DNA of 62,972 nucleotides, counting the filler, from Octopus bimaculoides (Eukaryota), in NCBI RefSeq assembly GCF_001194135.2. It is 6 parts of 6 records of this genome, joined end to end, with 100 filler letters (N's around TTAATTAATTAA, not from the genome) between each part and the next. Parts side by side here need not be neighbours in the genome. Positions count along the whole stretch, not along the records: positions 61,817 to 62,972 come from NW_026391764.1; 5 more parts are not named here. One strand, given 5' to 3'. Shown piece by piece: positions 61,921 through 62,972 of this stretch. The notes beneath the pieces are model-generated. The model was not told the origin of the DNA, searched no databases, and worked only from the letters and a program-made list of their open reading frames with translations. Every line of letters begins with the position of its first letter. The stretch's first letter is position 1. Both the position numbers and the translations under genes were made by a program.

Positions 61921-62972
61921 TAATAATATGTAAGAGGAAGAAGTTGATAAACCTTCAATATTCTAAAGATGAAATCTTGTAAACCAAATAACCATTCAAT
62001 AATACTGTATCAGGGCAACATGCTAGAAATAACAGCCAAAACTCATTCAAATCATATTAAAGTGAAGGATGGTGTATCTAGAACTACATTATCTTGTCTG
62101 AATTATAAGAGATGATCATAGCTGCTATGGTTTCGGTTAATTTAAAATGAAGGTTACTGAATTGAAAAACACTTGGAAACTCATAAATACAATTATCTAA
62201 ATGATTGATTATTGTTGAAAATACAGTTTTCAATCATTTATGGCACAATCTAAGCATTGTAAATATTTGCTTTAAAAACTGATGCAAGCCTTTTTCTATT
62301 CTTTTTTTTTAAATCTGATAAGTTTTTAATACTTTTGTTACCATCTTTCAGAAGAACTACACTACCTTGCTTCTGCTTAATTTGGAAAATAACTCATTAA
62401 GGTGATATTTGAAACAAATTAACAAGGGTATTTGTAATGAAGACGTTAATTTATGTAAAAGTTTCTAACATAGAACCAGGTGTGATCTCAGACCGGTAGC
62501 TTAATTCAAAGGAACATTACAGAAATCAAGTTGTCTACTTCAATTTATTACACAAACTGAATTATAAAATTTAGCTGAAAGCCAGTGTTAGTGTCCCTGG
62601 GGTTCAACGGCACACCACAGTCAATGTATGACTGAAATGCTTCCTATCCAGGATTTGATGTCATCTCCTATAAATGTTACTGGCAGAGATGTAGTCATTA
62701 GAGAGGCTACCCTCCGTGGCTGGAGATAAAACACTTGATAAAAACCTTAAATGCTCAAAACGTTGACAGCTATTTGTGTCCAGAAGAGCTTAAAAGAAAA
62801 TCAGAATTTACAAATGTAAATTTTTTAGTCTGGAAAAAAAGTTTTCATTTTATGTCTGTTTTCCCATCCTGGTATGGGTTAGATGAGTACACATCAACAA
62901 TGCATTGTTTTACATTCAGATGTTTTGCTTGTCACTAAGCTTTATCTGGTTCACTAAGCAAAAGATCTTTCT

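Overview
AT-rich, gap-riddled eukaryotic scaffold segment. It is almost certainly from an octopod cephalopod, inferred from the tRNA-derived SINE families, the microsatellite load and the TTAGGG repeats. No complete protein-coding gene can be supported. Nearly all ORFs in the supplied track are microsatellite or N-gap artefacts. Supportable content: one intact tRNA-Gln(TTG) gene; a U6 snRNA pseudogene abutting a SINE; three tRNA-SINE families in many copies; decayed RTE, R4/Dong-like and L1/Tx1-like LINE fragments; a decayed mariner; a non-autonomous Helitron; a Helentron-type HINE; a hAT MITE; three interstitial telomeric-repeat cassettes; and one candidate minus-strand coding exon (49875-50474). 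The most striking hidden structure is a set of about nine minimal type-I hammerhead-ribozyme-like motifs of the Penelope-element type, found by eye on both strands. Four of them sit at the centre of long fold-back (inverted-repeat) elements and two form a tandem pair. All folds and alignments were done manually, and none were checked by software or database search.
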